A stretch of 64,000 nucleotides of DNA from an uncultured Bacteroidales bacterium (GCA_900542355.1 UQNE01000002.1:56957-120956); one strand, 5' to 3'. Positions 28,168 to 38,660 are shown, counted from the stretch's first letter. Numbers and translations are program-made. Notes: generated by a model from the sequence alone, not told the origin.

Positions 28168-29619
28168 TTAGCAGTATTTGCGAATTACTTCGTGGTCATC
28201 AAAGTGGTGCTTTACTCCTTTGATGATCTGATAATCCTCGTGTCCTTTGCCTGCCACCAGGATGACATCTCCCGCTTGGGCGAGGGTGCAAGCCGTCTGT
28301 ATGGCGGTTTGGCGGTCTTCGATGACAAGTGTTTGCTTAAGTTCTTCCTCTGACAGACCTGCTTTCATATCATTGAGGATGTCTGCGGGTTCCTCATCGC
28401 GCGGGTTATCTGAGGTGAGAATCAGTTGGTCTGAGCCTCGTTTGGCGATAGCCGCCATCATCGGGCGTTTACCCTTATCGCGGTTGCCGCCGCAGCCCAC
28501 TACCGTGATAAGACGAGTACCGGGTTTGCGTATCTCATTGATAGTCTGAATCACATTGTCCACTGCATCAGGTGTATGCGCATAATCTACTATCGCCGTC
28601 CAACCTTTGGGGCTGCGAATCGTCTCGAAGCGTCCGTTGACGGGGTGCAATGTGGAGAGTACGCGCAATACCTCGGTGCTATTGAAGCCGAGTGATACGG
28701 CTGCTCCGTAGATACAGAGCAGGTTTGATACATTGAACCGTCCTACCAGTGGCACGAATACCTCTTGGCGATTGACCTCCAGCAGCATCCCCTCAAAGCC
28801 TTCCTCTAATATCTTGGCGTGGAAGTCGGCTACTGCGCGTGTAGAATAGGTGCGCACCTGTGCTTTGCAGTTCTGCGTCATCACGAGGCCGTTCTTGTCG
28901 TCGATATTGGTGATAGCGAAGGCTGTTTTCTTGAGGTGGTCGAATAGACGCTTTTTGGTGTCGCGATAGTTGTCGAATGTCTTATGATAATCGATGTGGT
29001 CGCGTGTCAGATTGGTAAACAAAGCCCCGTCGAAGTCGAGCCCTGCGATGCGCTCCTGTGCGATAGCGTGGCTACTCACCTCCATAAACGCATACTCGCA
29101 GCCGGCATCTACCATACGGCGCAGCAGTCCGTTCAACTCGATTGCGTCGGGCGTGGTGTGGGTGGCGGGTATTGCTTCGTCTTCCACATAGTTGACTACC
29201 GTAGAGAGCAGTCCGGCTTTATGTCCGAGTCCGCGTACCAACTTGTAGAGCAGTGTGGCGATCGTGGTCTTTCCGTTGGTGCCGGTTACTCCCACGAGTG
29301 TCAGTTGTCGGCTCGGGTCTCCAAACCAACGGCTTGCTATCAGGCCGAGAGCATGGTCGGTATTCTCCACTAAGATATAGGTGGTACCTTCTGTCGTCTC
29401 GGGCAGATAGTCGGTATTGCTCAGCACGATTGCCGCTGCACCTTTGGCTACACAAGAGGCGATAAAAGTATGCCCGTCCACCGCTGTTCCTGCTTGCGCA
29501 ACGAACAAGTTGCCCGCTGCTACCTTGCGAGAATCGAAGTGTATGTCGGTGATCTCCTTATTGGTGGAGCCCACTATCTTTTTTACCTCCAGAGGTTTTA
29601 TCAGTTCACTAAGTATCAT
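28168..29619 (-). CDS. murE: UDP-N-acetylmuramoyl-L-alanyl-D-glutamate--2,6-diaminopimelate ligase
   Basis: [11 protein letters not shown]-loop and DNPR motif. Start set at the internal Met ([10 protein letters not shown]), which matches the usual MurE N-terminus. The ORF-track start at 29736 overlaps ftsI by 50 nt. Confidence 0.9.
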   Translation of the reverse strand: MILSELIKPLEVKKIVGSTNKEITDIHFDSRKVAAGNLFVAQAGTAVDGHTFIASCVAKGAAAIVLSNTDYLPETTEGTTYILVENTDHALGLIASRWFGDPSRQLTLVGVTGTNGKTTIATLLYKLVRGLGHKAGLLSTVVNYVEDEAIPATHTTPDAIELNGLLRRMVDAGCEYAFMEVSSHAIAQERIAGLDFDGALFTNLTRDHIDYHKTFDNYRDTKKRLFDHLKKTAFAITNIDDKNGLVMTQNCKAQVRTYSTRAVADFHAKILEEGFEGMLLEVNRQEVFVPLVGRFNVSNLLCIYGAAVSLGFNSTEVLRVLSTLHPVNGRFETIRSPKGWTAIVDYAHTPDAVDNVIQTINEIRKPGTRLITVVGCGGNRDKGKRPMMAAIAKRGSDQLILTSDNPRDEEPADILNDMKAGLSEEELKQTLVIEDRQTAIQTACTLAQAGDVILVAGKGHEDYQIIKGVKHHFDDHEVIRKYC

Positions 29620-29686
29620 ACTATTTATTTCGTATAAGTTGATTTCGTTTTGCTTTCGTATAGGGTTTTCGCCGAGTGTACGAAGT

Positions 29687-31492
29687 TTATTTTTCGTTTC
29701 GTACAAGTGTCTTATTGCCTTCTTTGTCGAAGACATAGCATCCGGTGTTTGCCATAACCTTCTCTGCTATTAGGCGCACCACTATTCCGCAATGCGTGCC
29801 TGCATCGTGCCCGCCATAAATAGGGTCGTCGATGACACAGATACAGGTGTATTGCGGGTCTTCCTCGGGAAAGTATCCCACGAAAGTTAGGCGGTGGCGG
29901 TTTTTGTTGTATCGCCCGTTGAGGAGCAGTTGCGCCGTACCTGTCTTGCCGGCGATATGCACCTTATCGCTTTTTGCCTTGATCTCTTTTTTCTTATTAA
30001 CAGATGCCGTACCGAGTTGGTCATTCCATACAACATCGTGCAGTGCGCTTTTGATATCGCTGAGCGTAGAAGAACGGCAGATAGACGATTTGACTGTCTC
30101 TGTAGTGTATCGATGTACGGTCTCGCCATTCTGCTGTATCTCTTTGACCAATACGGGGCGTATCATCTTTCCGTCGTTGGCAATGGCGTTGTAAAACATC
30201 ATTATCTGCATAGGTGTCATCTCGACCGAGTAGCCATAAGACATCTTGCTGAGCGTAACCGTATCTTTGGGTACAATGATGAGTGCTTGCTGCGCACCCG
30301 GGATCTCGCAATAGACGCTATCCATGATACCTGTTTTGGCGATACGATTGACAAACTTCTTGGCACTCCCCTCGTAGGCACGGGTGATGAGTTTTGCCAT
30401 TGCGATATTGCTTGATACAGCCAAGGCATCATGCACGGTATAGACTGTATCTGCCGCATGCGCATCCGTATGTATGGCATCGAAGTACTTCCAGCCTTTG
30501 CTACTGACGCTTACGGTGTCGTTGATACTTATCTTACCATCGTCTATGGCGGCGATGAGGGCTATTGTTTTGAAGGTAGAGCCTGGTTCGATACGAGTAA
30601 CGGCGTGGTTTTGTCTCTCGGAATAAGTGCCATCGGAGTTCTTATCGAGGTTGCTGATGGCTTTGATCTCTCCCAACTTGGTTTCCATCAAAACACAACA
30701 TCCCCACTGTGCTTCGGTGCTCAGAAGGCGTTGGCGCAAGGTTTTCTCTACGATGTCTTGGAGGTCGGTATCGATGGTGGTGAGGATGTCCATTCCGTCT
30801 TGCGCCTCTTCGATAGTAACCTTTTCCATTCTTCCTCCGATACGCTGCAACGCTGCTATACCGTCGATACCGCGCAGTTGCTCCTCAAAGGCTTTTTCTA
30901 AGCCCGTTATTCCCACATCCTTATTTTGGTCGGTGCTGCCTATGGTGCGGGACGCCAGATTGCCAAACGGCTTAATACGCCGGTGTTTAGGTTCAAAGAA
31001 GACGCCACTTTTGTACTTTCCCTTGTTGATAGGGTAGGCTTTTTCCAGTTTGCGGCGTTGCATATAGTTGATACGCTTGTCCGATATTTTAAGGCGTGTA
31101 GTCCCTTTGTGGTACGCTTTTGTAATGCTCTGTTTGTATTCTGCAGCCGAATACTCGGCTATCACCTCACTTAGGAGGATAGAGAGCGAGTCGATGCTCT
31201 CATGGAACAATTCGCCGTTTTTCTGATGCAGAGCCGGGACGGAAGCATCCATAAAGACATCGTATCGTGGCATGCTGCTTGCCAGGAGGTTGCCATTGCA
31301 GTCGAGTATGTTTCCTCGTGTGGCTCGAACGGTGAGATCTACCGGTTTCTGCTTTTCGGCAATAGCCAACCACCTATCACTATCGAACCTCTGAATACGG
31401 ACAATCTTGACAACGACACAAATGAACCCTATGAGGAGGGCTATAAATATCATAGCAAAGCGGAATATGGTATCTTTTTGTTCTTCTGACAT
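29687..31492 (-). CDS. ftsI: penicillin-binding protein 3-like transpeptidase FtsI
   Basis: N-terminal TM helix, PBP dimerisation domain, and STFK, SSN and KTGT motifs. Confidence 0.9.
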   Translation of the reverse strand: MSEEQKDTIFRFAMIFIALLIGFICVVVKIVRIQRFDSDRWLAIAEKQKPVDLTVRATRGNILDCNGNLLASSMPRYDVFMDASVPALHQKNGELFHESIDSLSILLSEVIAEYSAAEYKQSITKAYHKGTTRLKISDKRINYMQRRKLEKAYPINKGKYKSGVFFEPKHRRIKPFGNLASRTIGSTDQNKDVGITGLEKAFEEQLRGIDGIAALQRIGGRMEKVTIEEAQDGMDILTTIDTDLQDIVEKTLRQRLLSTEAQWGCCVLMETKLGEIKAISNLDKNSDGTYSERQNHAVTRIEPGSTFKTIALIAAIDDGKISINDTVSVSSKGWKYFDAIHTDAHAADTVYTVHDALAVSSNIAMAKLITRAYEGSAKKFVNRIAKTGIMDSVYCEIPGAQQALIIVPKDTVTLSKMSYGYSVEMTPMQIMMFYNAIANDGKMIRPVLVKEIQQNGETVHRYTTETVKSSICRSSTLSDIKSALHDVVWNDQLGTASVNKKKEIKAKSDKVHIAGKTGTAQLLLNGRYNKNRHRLTFVGYFPEEDPQYTCICVIDDPIYGGHDAGTHCGIVVRLIAEKVMANTGCYVFDKEGNKTLVRNEK

Positions 31493-31617
31493 TGCAGTTT
31501 GTCTTGAGTAGGTGGTTAAACTATTTGTATATCGGTGTATTATTCTATTGCGTATAGGAGCGACATATATTACGCATCGGAGTAGCGTATTACAGAGGTC
31601 GGAGCGTTGCGTATTGC

Positions 31618-31941
31618 TTATCGGCGCGTTATCTTAATGGGGGGAGTGGTATTATCCCTCAGGTTGCTGCCTTTCTGCTCGAGCGTTGCGGCTATCTCGG
31701 ACTGCTTGGTAGTGCTGACCAGTTGCGCACTGATAGTAAGGTATTCATACTTAGCATCGAGCAATTCTTTTTGCATATCCGAGACGCTATGTTGGAGAGA
31801 AGCAGCGTGATAGCCCATATAGATATACAGCATTATCAGCACCAACCAAAGAATAAGCAACTTGCTGTGTTTACGCCATAGGCTATGGAGTTTTTCTCCA
31901 TTGAGCCAACTTTGTATATTTTGGGTTGTTATCTTGGGCAT
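31618..31941 (-). CDS. ftsL: FtsL-like cell division protein (single-pass)
   Basis: 107 aa with one TM helix and a coiled coil. Lies between rsmH and ftsI, the conserved position. Confidence 0.65.
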   Translation of the reverse strand: MPKITTQNIQSWLNGEKLHSLWRKHSKLLILWLVLIMLYIYMGYHAASLQHSVSDMQKELLDAKYEYLTISAQLVSTTKQSEIAATLEQKGSNLRDNTTPPIKITRR

Positions 31942-31952
31942 AGGTGCGTTTG

Positions 31953-32915
31953 TTATCGTTTTTCGGCCACTCTGAGTTTGGCACTGCGGCTTCGCGGGTT
32001 ACGCTCGACCTCTTCGGGAGAGGCAGTCAGTCCTTTTTCGATCAGGCGGAAGGGCGTGAGTATATTGCCGTAGAAATCTTTTTCGATTTCCCCTTCGAGG
32101 TTGCCAGAGCGTAGGAAGTTCTTGACGAGTCTATCTTCGAGCGAGTGGTAGGTAAGGACTGCGATGCGTCCGCCGGGGCGGAGCATATCTCGTGCGGCGA
32201 CCAACATCTCGCGCAGGGCTGCGAGTTCGTCGTTGACCTCCATGCGTAGGGCTTGGAATAGTCGTGCCAAGTCTTTCTTGGCCATAGTAGGTATGTCGAT
32301 TTCGCCGTTGGTGATGGTGCAAGCAGGCGTATGCAAGGCACAGGCGACGAGTTGCTCTGTGCGCAAGATAGGTTGCTGTGCACGGCAACGCACGATACTC
32401 TTGGCAAGGTTTTTGGCGTTGCGCATTTCGCCGTATAGATATAGTACGCGCGCGAGTTCGTCTTCGGAGTAGGTATTGACGATGTCTGCCGCATTGCGTT
32501 TGGCGGCTTGGTTCATGCGCATATCGAGCGGTCCGGGAAATCGGAAACTAAAGCCTCGTTGCGCCTCGTCGAAGTGGTGAAAACTAACTCCCAGGTCGGC
32601 CAATAGTCCGTCTATCTGTGGTACTCCGTAGTAGTCCATAAAGTTGCGCAGGTAGCGGAAGTTGCTATGTACGAAGTGCCATTGCGGGTTATCGATGAGC
32701 GATTGCGGTGTGCCGTGCTTTTGCTGCGCATTGTGGTAGGCGTCGAGGTCCTGGTCGAAGGAGAATAGTTGTCCGCCGTCGGTAAGGTGGGACATTATTG
32801 CTTTGGAGTGTCCGCCTCCGCCGAAGGTAACATCGACATAAGTGCCGTCGGGCTGAATGTTCAGTCCGTCGATGGTGGGTTGTAGCAGTGCGGGTATGTG
32901 ATAGATAGTGTCCAT
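31953..32915 (-). CDS. rsmH: 16S rRNA (cytosine1402-N4)-methyltransferase
   Basis: MDTIYHIPALL...DVTFGGGGHS. Start set at the internal Met so that its ATG overlaps the mraZ stop (TAATG). The 85-aa Arg-rich N-terminal extension in the ORF track is rejected. Confidence 0.9.
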   Translation of the reverse strand: MDTIYHIPALLQPTIDGLNIQPDGTYVDVTFGGGGHSKAIMSHLTDGGQLFSFDQDLDAYHNAQQKHGTPQSLIDNPQWHFVHSNFRYLRNFMDYYGVPQIDGLLADLGVSFHHFDEAQRGFSFRFPGPLDMRMNQAAKRNAADIVNTYSEDELARVLYLYGEMRNAKNLAKSIVRCRAQQPILRTEQLVACALHTPACTITNGEIDIPTMAKKDLARLFQALRMEVNDELAALREMLVAARDMLRPGGRIAVLTYHSLEDRLVKNFLRSGNLEGEIEKDFYGNILTPFRLIEKGLTASPEEVERNPRSRSAKLRVAEKR

Positions 32916-33370
32916 TATTCCGTTTTGGCTTTCATCTTTTGTCTGATGCGGCTTGCCAAGTCTTTTTGGTCGATTCGTTTGTCGGCGAATGTAGCGGGGT
33001 TCCACAAGGCAAAGCGGTCGAGCATACCTACGAACAGCACATCTTGTTGGGCGTTGATAGTTTCTAAGTTCTTCTTTTGTAGGAGGATACGACCTTGTGT
33101 ATCGAGGTCGAGGAACTCGGCGTCGGACATAAACTGCATGAGTAGCATTTGGTCTTCCGGATCCCATTCATCAAGGGCTTGGCGCAGTTGCCCTACCTTG
33201 TCGTTCCATACCTGCTCGGGGTAGAAAATAAGGCATTCGTTGTCGGTATCACGGCGCATAACGAGGTGTTTGCTTTCCGCCTCGTTGAGTATTTTGCGAT
33301 AGGCTGCGGGGACGAATATGCGCCCTTTCTCGTCCGCCCGAGCCTCGATATTGCCAATGAATGTACTCAT
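32915..33370 (-). CDS. mraZ: transcriptional regulator MraZ
   Basis: Duplicated SpoVT/AbrB-like halves, e.g. DEKGRIFVPA and LDTQGRILL. Confidence 0.9.
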   Translation of the reverse strand: MSTFIGNIEARADEKGRIFVPAAYRKILNEAESKHLVMRRDTDNECLIFYPEQVWNDKVGQLRQALDEWDPEDQMLLMQFMSDAEFLDLDTQGRILLQKKNLETINAQQDVLFVGMLDRFALWNPATFADKRIDQKDLASRIRQKMKAKTE

Positions 33371-33589
33371 TTTGTATCCTTGTCAGTTTTAATTTCGCTG
33401 CAAAGGTACAAAATTTATTTGATATACCCCACTTTTCCCCACAAAAAAAATATCCATAGGATTTTCAACAGGTTATCAACAAAATGCGATAGATATAGTT
33501 TTCTGATAATCAAATAGTTGTATAGGTTGTAAACAAAATGGTGGAAAGTGGGGCAAAATAACGGTGATGATACTTCATCGCGCAATACG

Positions 33590-33719
33590 ATGCATAATTA
33601 CGAATGCATGATTCAATGCATAATGCATAATTAAGAATGCATAATGTATGCTATTTTCTCCGTTTTGGGGTCTTTGATCCTTCGGAGGTGGTTCGAACAA
33701 TGCATAGTGATGAATGCAT
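33590..33719. repeat. array of seven ATGCAT hexamers within 130 bp, five in the extended form (G/C)AATGCATAATG, 220-350 bp upstream of mraZ
   Basis: ATGCAT at 33590, 33604, 33616, 33623, 33637, 33700 and 33714. Confidence 0.7.
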
Positions 33720-33821
33720 AATGCGTAGTGGAATGCTCGATATTTGCTCGATATAGGTTCGGCGTAGTATGCTACTGATAATGATTAGATAATGACTTGT
33801 ATATGACTCTTGTATGACTCG

Positions 33822-33935
33822 GGGGTTAGATGGTATAGGGAGACTATATACCCTAGATGCTATAGGAAATCTAGGGAATATAGGGGAACTAGGGGATCTA
33901 TATGATGCTCTAGATACCAGGGGAAATAGGTATTC
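33822..33935 (+). repeat. purine-rich element with 10-bp-periodic CTAG/ATAG spacing (copy E1)
   Basis: gggggttagatggtatagggagactatataccctagatgctataggaaatctagggaatataggggaactaggggatctatatgatgctctagatacc. Confidence 0.7.
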
Positions 33936-34002
33936 TTGTATATCTTGTGTTCTGTTGATTGGTGGTAAAAAATACAAAAAATAGAGAAAAATGTCGGTGA
34001 TA

Positions 34003-34034
34003 TTTGCACAGTTCAAAAAAAAGCAGTACTTTTG
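34003..34034 (+). promoter_or_regulatory. Bacteroidetes sigma-A promoter (TTTG-N20-TActTTTG) for tRNA-Gln
   Basis: caaaaaaaagcagtacttttgcagtcgctttt. Nearly identical to 61184-61214. Confidence 0.55.
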
Positions 34035-34091
34035 CAGTCGCTTTTGCGGAATGGTATGCTTATCAGTAGTAGAAGCGCATTATTTTGACGG

Positions 34092-34163
34092 TGTCCAATG
34101 GTATAAAGGCTATTACGTCAGATTTTGGTTCTGAAAATCCTGGTTCGATTCCGGGTTGGACAA
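34092..34163 (+). tRNA. tRNA-Gln (anticodon TTG)
   Basis: Manual fold: 7-bp acceptor stem tgtccaa/ttggaca with U1-A72 (typical of bacterial tRNA-Gln); anticodon stem tcaga/tctga; loop ttTTGgt; T arm cctggTTCGATTccggg. No encoded CCA. Terminator hairpin follows. Confidence 0.8.
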
Positions 34164-34170
34164 CTAAGGA

Positions 34171-34192
34171 AGAGCCGCAAGGCTCTTTTTTT
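34171..34192 (+). terminator. intrinsic terminator after tRNA-Gln (agagcc-gcaa-ggctct plus T8)
   Basis: Read directly. Confidence 0.6.
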
Positions 34193-34377
34193 ATGGCTAA
34201 TCGAAAGACAGTCTGTATGATAGATTGAAGGTTTGTCTTTGTGGCAGATTGGAGGGTCGTTTTGTATGGAAAGTCGGGAGATAGGCAAGTGTGATGGGAT
34301 ACGGGCAGCCTCACCGATACACAATAGTTTAATAGTGTAGATTTACTGCCCCATATTGAGTAACACAAACAATAAGA

Positions 34378-34941
34378 ATGAAAACTTTTGAATTGACCGG
34401 TACTCCCCGTGCGGAGTTCGGAAAGAAGGCTGCAAAGGCTCTTCGCGCACAGAACCTCGTTCCCTGCAACATCTATGGTGTAGGCGAGAACATTACTTTC
34501 ACCGTAAATGTGGCTGATGTTCGTCAGTTGATTTACACTCCCGACACGATGGTAGTTCTTCTGACTATTGGTGATACCAAGAAGACTGCTGTAGTAAAAG
34601 AGATGCAGTTCCACCCGCTGAGCGGCGATGTAATGCACATTGATTTCTTGGCAGTAGATGAGAACAAGCCTGTAACCGTTGAGATACCTATCCAACTGAC
34701 AGGTCACGCAGCCGGTGTAAAAGCCGGTGGTAAACTTGCGCTGAACATGCGTAAGATGAAAGTGAACGGTATCTATACTCAGTTCCCTGACCGCGTTACT
34801 ATCGATGTTACCGAGTTGGGCTTGGGTAAGAAGTTGGCAGTGAGCGATGTACACATTGAGGGTCTGACCATGATGAACCCGAAAGATGCGTGCGTAGTAG
34901 AGGTAAAAGCAACTCGCCAGAGCGCTGCTGCAGCACAATAA
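34378..34941 (+). CDS. rplY: 50S ribosomal protein L25 / general stress protein Ctc
   Basis: MKTFELTGTPRAEFGKKAAKALR...HIDF. 187 aa. Confidence 0.9.
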   Translation: MKTFELTGTPRAEFGKKAAKALRAQNLVPCNIYGVGENITFTVNVADVRQLIYTPDTMVVLLTIGDTKKTAVVKEMQFHPLSGDVMHIDFLAVDENKPVTVEIPIQLTGHAAGVKAGGKLALNMRKMKVNGIYTQFPDRVTIDVTELGLGKKLAVSDVHIEGLTMMNPKDACVVEVKATRQSAAAAQ

Positions 34942-35002
34942 TCCGCACCACGGAACTATCTGACAAAGAGTGGAGAAGCAGCGTGCTTTTCCGCTCTTTT
35001 TG

Positions 35003-35110
35003 GTAGATAGGGGGGGAGAAGGACTAGGGAAACTAGGAAATCTAGAGGATCTATGTAATCTAGAATACCTAGGAGATATAGAAGAGCTAGGGAATATAGA
35101 TAACATAGTG
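35003..35110 (+). repeat. purine-rich 10-bp-periodic CTAG element (copy E2) between rplY and pth
   Basis: gatagggggggagaaggactagggaaactaggaaatctagaggatctatgtaatctagaatacctaggagatatagaagagctagggaatatagataacatagtg. Confidence 0.7.
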
Positions 35111-35138
35111 TCTGACATTTCTAAAAGAATCTTTTGTT

Positions 35139-35702
35139 ATGAAATATCTGATAGTAGGTTTGGGCAATATCGGCAGTGAGTATGAGGGTACTCGGCACAA
35201 TATCGGCTTTCGTATGATTGACGCCTTTGCGGCATCGGTGAATGCTATGTGGGAAGATAAACGCTATGGAATGGTAGCGAAATGCAGAGTGAAGAATGCA
35301 GAGTTGGTGCTGCTCAAGCCCTCCACTTTTATGAACTTGAGCGGCAATGCTGTGCGCTATTGGTTGACGCAAGAGAAAATCCCCGTGGAGAATATGCTTG
35401 TTTTGGTGGACGACTTGAACTTGCCGTTCGGCACGATTCGTATCCGTAAACAGGGTTCTAACGGCGGGCATAACGGATTGGGCAATATCCAGTCGGTGCT
35501 CGGCACGGAGAACTATGCGCGTGTGCGTTTCGGTATAGGCAATAACTTCTCCCGCGGTGCGCAGTGCAACTTTGTGTTGGGCAAGTGGACAGACGAGGAA
35601 GAGCAGCAGATGCCCGACCGTATGAAGGTGGTGTGCGACCTGATACCCTGTTTTTGCCTGCAAGGTATCGACCGCACGATGAACCTATACAACAATAAAT
35701 AG
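35139..35702 (+). CDS. pth: peptidyl-tRNA hydrolase
   Basis: [24 protein letters not shown]. Confidence 0.95.
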   Translation: MKYLIVGLGNIGSEYEGTRHNIGFRMIDAFAASVNAMWEDKRYGMVAKCRVKNAELVLLKPSTFMNLSGNAVRYWLTQEKIPVENMLVLVDDLNLPFGTIRIRKQGSNGGHNGLGNIQSVLGTENYARVRFGIGNNFSRGAQCNFVLGKWTDEEEQQMPDRMKVVCDLIPCFCLQGIDRTMNLYNNK

Positions 35703-35775
35703 GCTAAAAAGCGGCTCTGAGAGAATGGTCTTTGCGGGATAAAAATAATCATCAGCAACATAATAGCGAACGGAA

Positions 35776-37731
35776 ATGCGTTGGAAGGAAGGCATAGGGC
35801 GTGCGTGGCGTCATCCGTGGGTGGTGGCAGCCACGAATTTTCTGCTTGTGATGGCTATTTATTCGCTGTCGCGGTGGTTCTTCTACCGTATCAATACGGA
35901 TATGTTTCCGAATGTGTCGCCGGCACATCTGCGTGAGATGTTGGCAGGCGGGGTGCGTTTTGACCTTACTGCCTTGCTCTATCTCAACTCGGTCTATATC
36001 CTCTTGATGCTATTGCCGCTGCCGACTAAGGTGCGCAATAACGCACATTATCAGCGTGTTGCGAAGTGGTTCTATTGGTTGCCCAACGCCATAGGTATCG
36101 TCGTGAACTGCGTGGATATGGTGTATGTCCGCTTCACCGACCGCCGCACTACCTGCACTTTCTTCTCTGAGTTTCAGAACGACGGTAACCTAGCATCGAT
36201 TTTCTTTCAAGCCGTGGCGCAGTATTGGTATGTGAGCCTGTTTGGCGTGGCGATGCTAGTGCTGTTGGTGGTATGCTCTCACCGTAGGTGGCATATAGAG
36301 GAGCAGCGTAAGTGGTTGTATTACAGCGGGGAAACGGCTATCTTGCTGGTATCGGTTTATTTCTCGGTAATAGGTATTCGTGGCGGTTTCGGCAGTTACA
36401 CGCGTCCAATCACTATCTCGAATGCGTTGCAATACACCAACACTCCGCAGGAGACATCTATCCTGCTCAATACGCCGTTCTCGCTGATGAAATCGATTGA
36501 GAACGAGACTTATGTGAACCCGCATTACTATACTGATGAGCAGTTGGATAGCCTGATGACGCCTATCCATACGCTCGCCGTGGCGACAGAGCCCCAAAGG
36601 CAGCCGCTCAATGTGGTGGTGCTGATCTTGGAGTCGTTTTCGAAAGAGTATATCGGTTTCTATAATCACGACCTCGACGGCGGAACTTATACAGGCTATA
36701 CTCCGTTCCTCGATTCGCTCTTGGCGCACAGCGTAACATACAGATACTCTTATGCTTCCGGGCGCAAGTCGATAGACGCCATGCCCTCGGTGCTGTCGTC
36801 GATACCTATGCTTATCGAACCGTATATCGTTACGCCATATTCGACCAATGCCGTCTCTTCGCTGGCAGACTGCTTGAGGCGGAAAGGCTATACCACGGCG
36901 TTCTTCCACGGTGCGCCCAACGGCAGTATGGGATTTCAGGCTTACGCTCGTTCGGCAGGTTTCGGGGCATACTATGGCATGGACGAGTACGACGGACCGG
37001 AGGCATTTGACGGCACTTGGGCTATCTGGGACGAAGAGTTCTTGCAGTACTATGCCCGAACGATGAGCCGAATGAAAGAACCGTTTATGACAGCGGTCTT
37101 TACGGCTTCGAGCCATCATCCGTTCCGTGTGCCTGCTCGCTACGAAGGCGCGTTCCCCAAAGGCACGCAACCGATACACCAATGTATAGGCTATTCTGAT
37201 CATGCGCTGAGTGAGTTCTTTGCTTTTGCCCGCACGCAGCTGTGGTTTGAGCATACCCTCTTTGTCCTTACTGCCGACCATACCAACCAACTGACGCACA
37301 CCGAGTACACCAATGCAAAGGGGCTGTACGAGGTGCCGATTGCCTTCTATGGCGCAGGCTTGCAGGGAGAATTGCGCACGCAAACACCGGTCAGTCAGAC
37401 CGACATCATGCCTTCGGTGCTGGGCTGCTTGGGGTATGACGCTCCGTATTTCGCTTTTGGCGAGGACGCACTCACCGGCACGAAACCGCACCCATACGCC
37501 GTATGCTACAACAACCCTGTCTATCAGATACTATCCGACAGCCTGCTCTTGCAGTTCGATGGGCAGCAACTGACGGCGGTGTATAACTTCCAAGACGACC
37601 GCCGCTTGCAGCATAATCAGATTGAGCAGATGGCTGACGACCCCGAGGTGCAGGCGATGCTTGCATACCTAAAAGCATATATCCAACAATATATCTCCCG
37701 AATGGTGGAGAATAGACTAACTATCAGATAA
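35776..37731 (+). CDS. LTA-synthase-family / sulfatase-like phosphotransferase (membrane-anchored alkaline-phosphatase superfamily)
   Basis: N-terminal 5-TM domain followed by a sulfatase-fold catalytic domain. 651 aa. Confidence 0.75.
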   Translation: MRWKEGIGRAWRHPWVVAATNFLLVMAIYSLSRWFFYRINTDMFPNVSPAHLREMLAGGVRFDLTALLYLNSVYILLMLLPLPTKVRNNAHYQRVAKWFYWLPNAIGIVVNCVDMVYVRFTDRRTTCTFFSEFQNDGNLASIFFQAVAQYWYVSLFGVAMLVLLVVCSHRRWHIEEQRKWLYYSGETAILLVSVYFSVIGIRGGFGSYTRPITISNALQYTNTPQETSILLNTPFSLMKSIENETYVNPHYYTDEQLDSLMTPIHTLAVATEPQRQPLNVVVLILESFSKEYIGFYNHDLDGGTYTGYTPFLDSLLAHSVTYRYSYASGRKSIDAMPSVLSSIPMLIEPYIVTPYSTNAVSSLADCLRRKGYTTAFFHGAPNGSMGFQAYARSAGFGAYYGMDEYDGPEAFDGTWAIWDEEFLQYYARTMSRMKEPFMTAVFTASSHHPFRVPARYEGAFPKGTQPIHQCIGYSDHALSEFFAFARTQLWFEHTLFVLTADHTNQLTHTEYTNAKGLYEVPIAFYGAGLQGELRTQTPVSQTDIMPSVLGCLGYDAPYFAFGEDALTGTKPHPYAVCYNNPVYQILSDSLLLQFDGQQLTAVYNFQDDRRLQHNQIEQMADDPEVQAMLAYLKAYIQQYISRMVENRLTIR

Positions 37732-37732
37732 T

Positions 37733-38146
37733 ATGGAGATTAGAGTAGATAAATACCTGTTTGCCATGCGTCTCTACAAGACGCGTACTATCGCGGCTGA
37801 TGCCTGCAAGAAAGGGCGTGTAACGATGGGCGGCGCGCAACTGAAGCCCGCCCGCACTTTCCATATAGGTGATGTTTTTTCGGTGCGCAAGGGGCCGATA
37901 ACCTACACCTATCGTATCAAGCAACTATCGGAAAACCGTCTTGGCGCGAAACTTGTGCCTGATTATCTGCAGGATATCACTGCTCCCGACCAATTGGAGT
38001 TGCTCGAACTGGCACGCCTCGCCGGGCAAACCGGGCGCGACCGTGGCACGGGAAGACCTACCAAAAAAGACCGCCGAGAGATAGAAACATTCCTCAGCGA
38101 TGACTATTTAGACACAATAGATTTTGACGATGAAGATGAAGAATAA
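37733..38146 (+). CDS. hslR: S4-domain RNA-binding protein (Hsp15/HslR-like)
   Basis: RVDKYLFAMRLYKTRTIAADACKKGRVTMGG S4 motif, plus an acidic C-terminal tail. Confidence 0.75.
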   Translation: MEIRVDKYLFAMRLYKTRTIAADACKKGRVTMGGAQLKPARTFHIGDVFSVRKGPITYTYRIKQLSENRLGAKLVPDYLQDITAPDQLELLELARLAGQTGRDRGTGRPTKKDRREIETFLSDDYLDTIDFDDEDEE

Positions 38147-38603
38147 AAAGGAAAACATTGCCGAATATATCCTCTACTTATGGCAGATAGAGGACTACCT
38201 GCGGGCTTTCCCTGCACAGGCGGACGCTACGACCGAGTTGCACGACATCTGCGAGATGATGCACCGCGAGGGTGTGGCAGAGAGCGGACATATCCAATTG
38301 GCTAAGAACGCCCTTGCCGAGATGGAAGAACTGCACCTGCTCTTGGCAGACAAAGAGGCGTCGTATCGTGCGGCGGTGCTGCAACTCACACCTGCTTTGG
38401 CACTCTTTAAGGCAAAGACAGACCGCCCCGCGATGTCGGATGTAGAGGCATGCTTGACGCTACTGTATCAGATTATGTTGCTCCACTTGCAGCACCACCC
38501 GGTGTCCGGCGAGACCGAGGCGGTACAGCAACAAGCCACCTCGCTGCTCCGATACCTCAGTCGCACCTATCGCGACAACAAAGACCTTGAGGACAATGCA
38601 TAA
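38124..38603 (+). CDS. conserved hypothetical protein, likely the DUF family found beside nth in Bacteroidales
   Basis: 159-aa alpha-helical protein. Overlaps the hslR-like gene by 23 nt. Confidence 0.5.
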   Translation: MTMKMKNKKENIAEYILYLWQIEDYLRAFPAQADATTELHDICEMMHREGVAESGHIQLAKNALAEMEELHLLLADKEASYRAAVLQLTPALALFKAKTDRPAMSDVEACLTLLYQIMLLHLQHHPVSGETEAVQQQATSLLRYLSRTYRDNKDLEDNA

Positions 38604-38625
38604 TGATGAATGCATAATGCATAAT
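38595..38625. repeat. three tandem AATGCATAATG decamers starting at the stop codon of the preceding gene, 36 bp upstream of nth
   Basis: gacAATGCATAATGatgAATGCATAATGCATAATGg. Confidence 0.7.
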
Positions 38626-38660
38626 GGATTGGTCCATTAATCGTTAACAGAGAACGAAAG

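Noticed and set aside
32916-33167. 85-aa Arg-rich N-terminal extension of rsmH in the ORF track (start 33167)
   Set aside because: The extension overlaps the whole 3' half of mraZ in another frame. The internal Met (ATG at 32913-32915) gives the canonical MDTIYHIP N-terminus and the classic TAATG stop/start overlap with mraZ.
33822-33935. CTAG-periodic arrays considered as a possible CRISPR array
   Set aside because: Units are ~10 bp with no unique spacers and no cas genes nearby. The periodicity is helical-turn phasing, not repeat-spacer architecture.
34970-35179. 69-aa ORF MEKQRAFPLFLVDRGGEGLGKLGNLEDL... spanning the rplY-pth spacer
   Set aside because: Its repetitive LGxLExL peptide is the translation of the 10-bp-periodic CTAG element. 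Repeat-derived, not coding.
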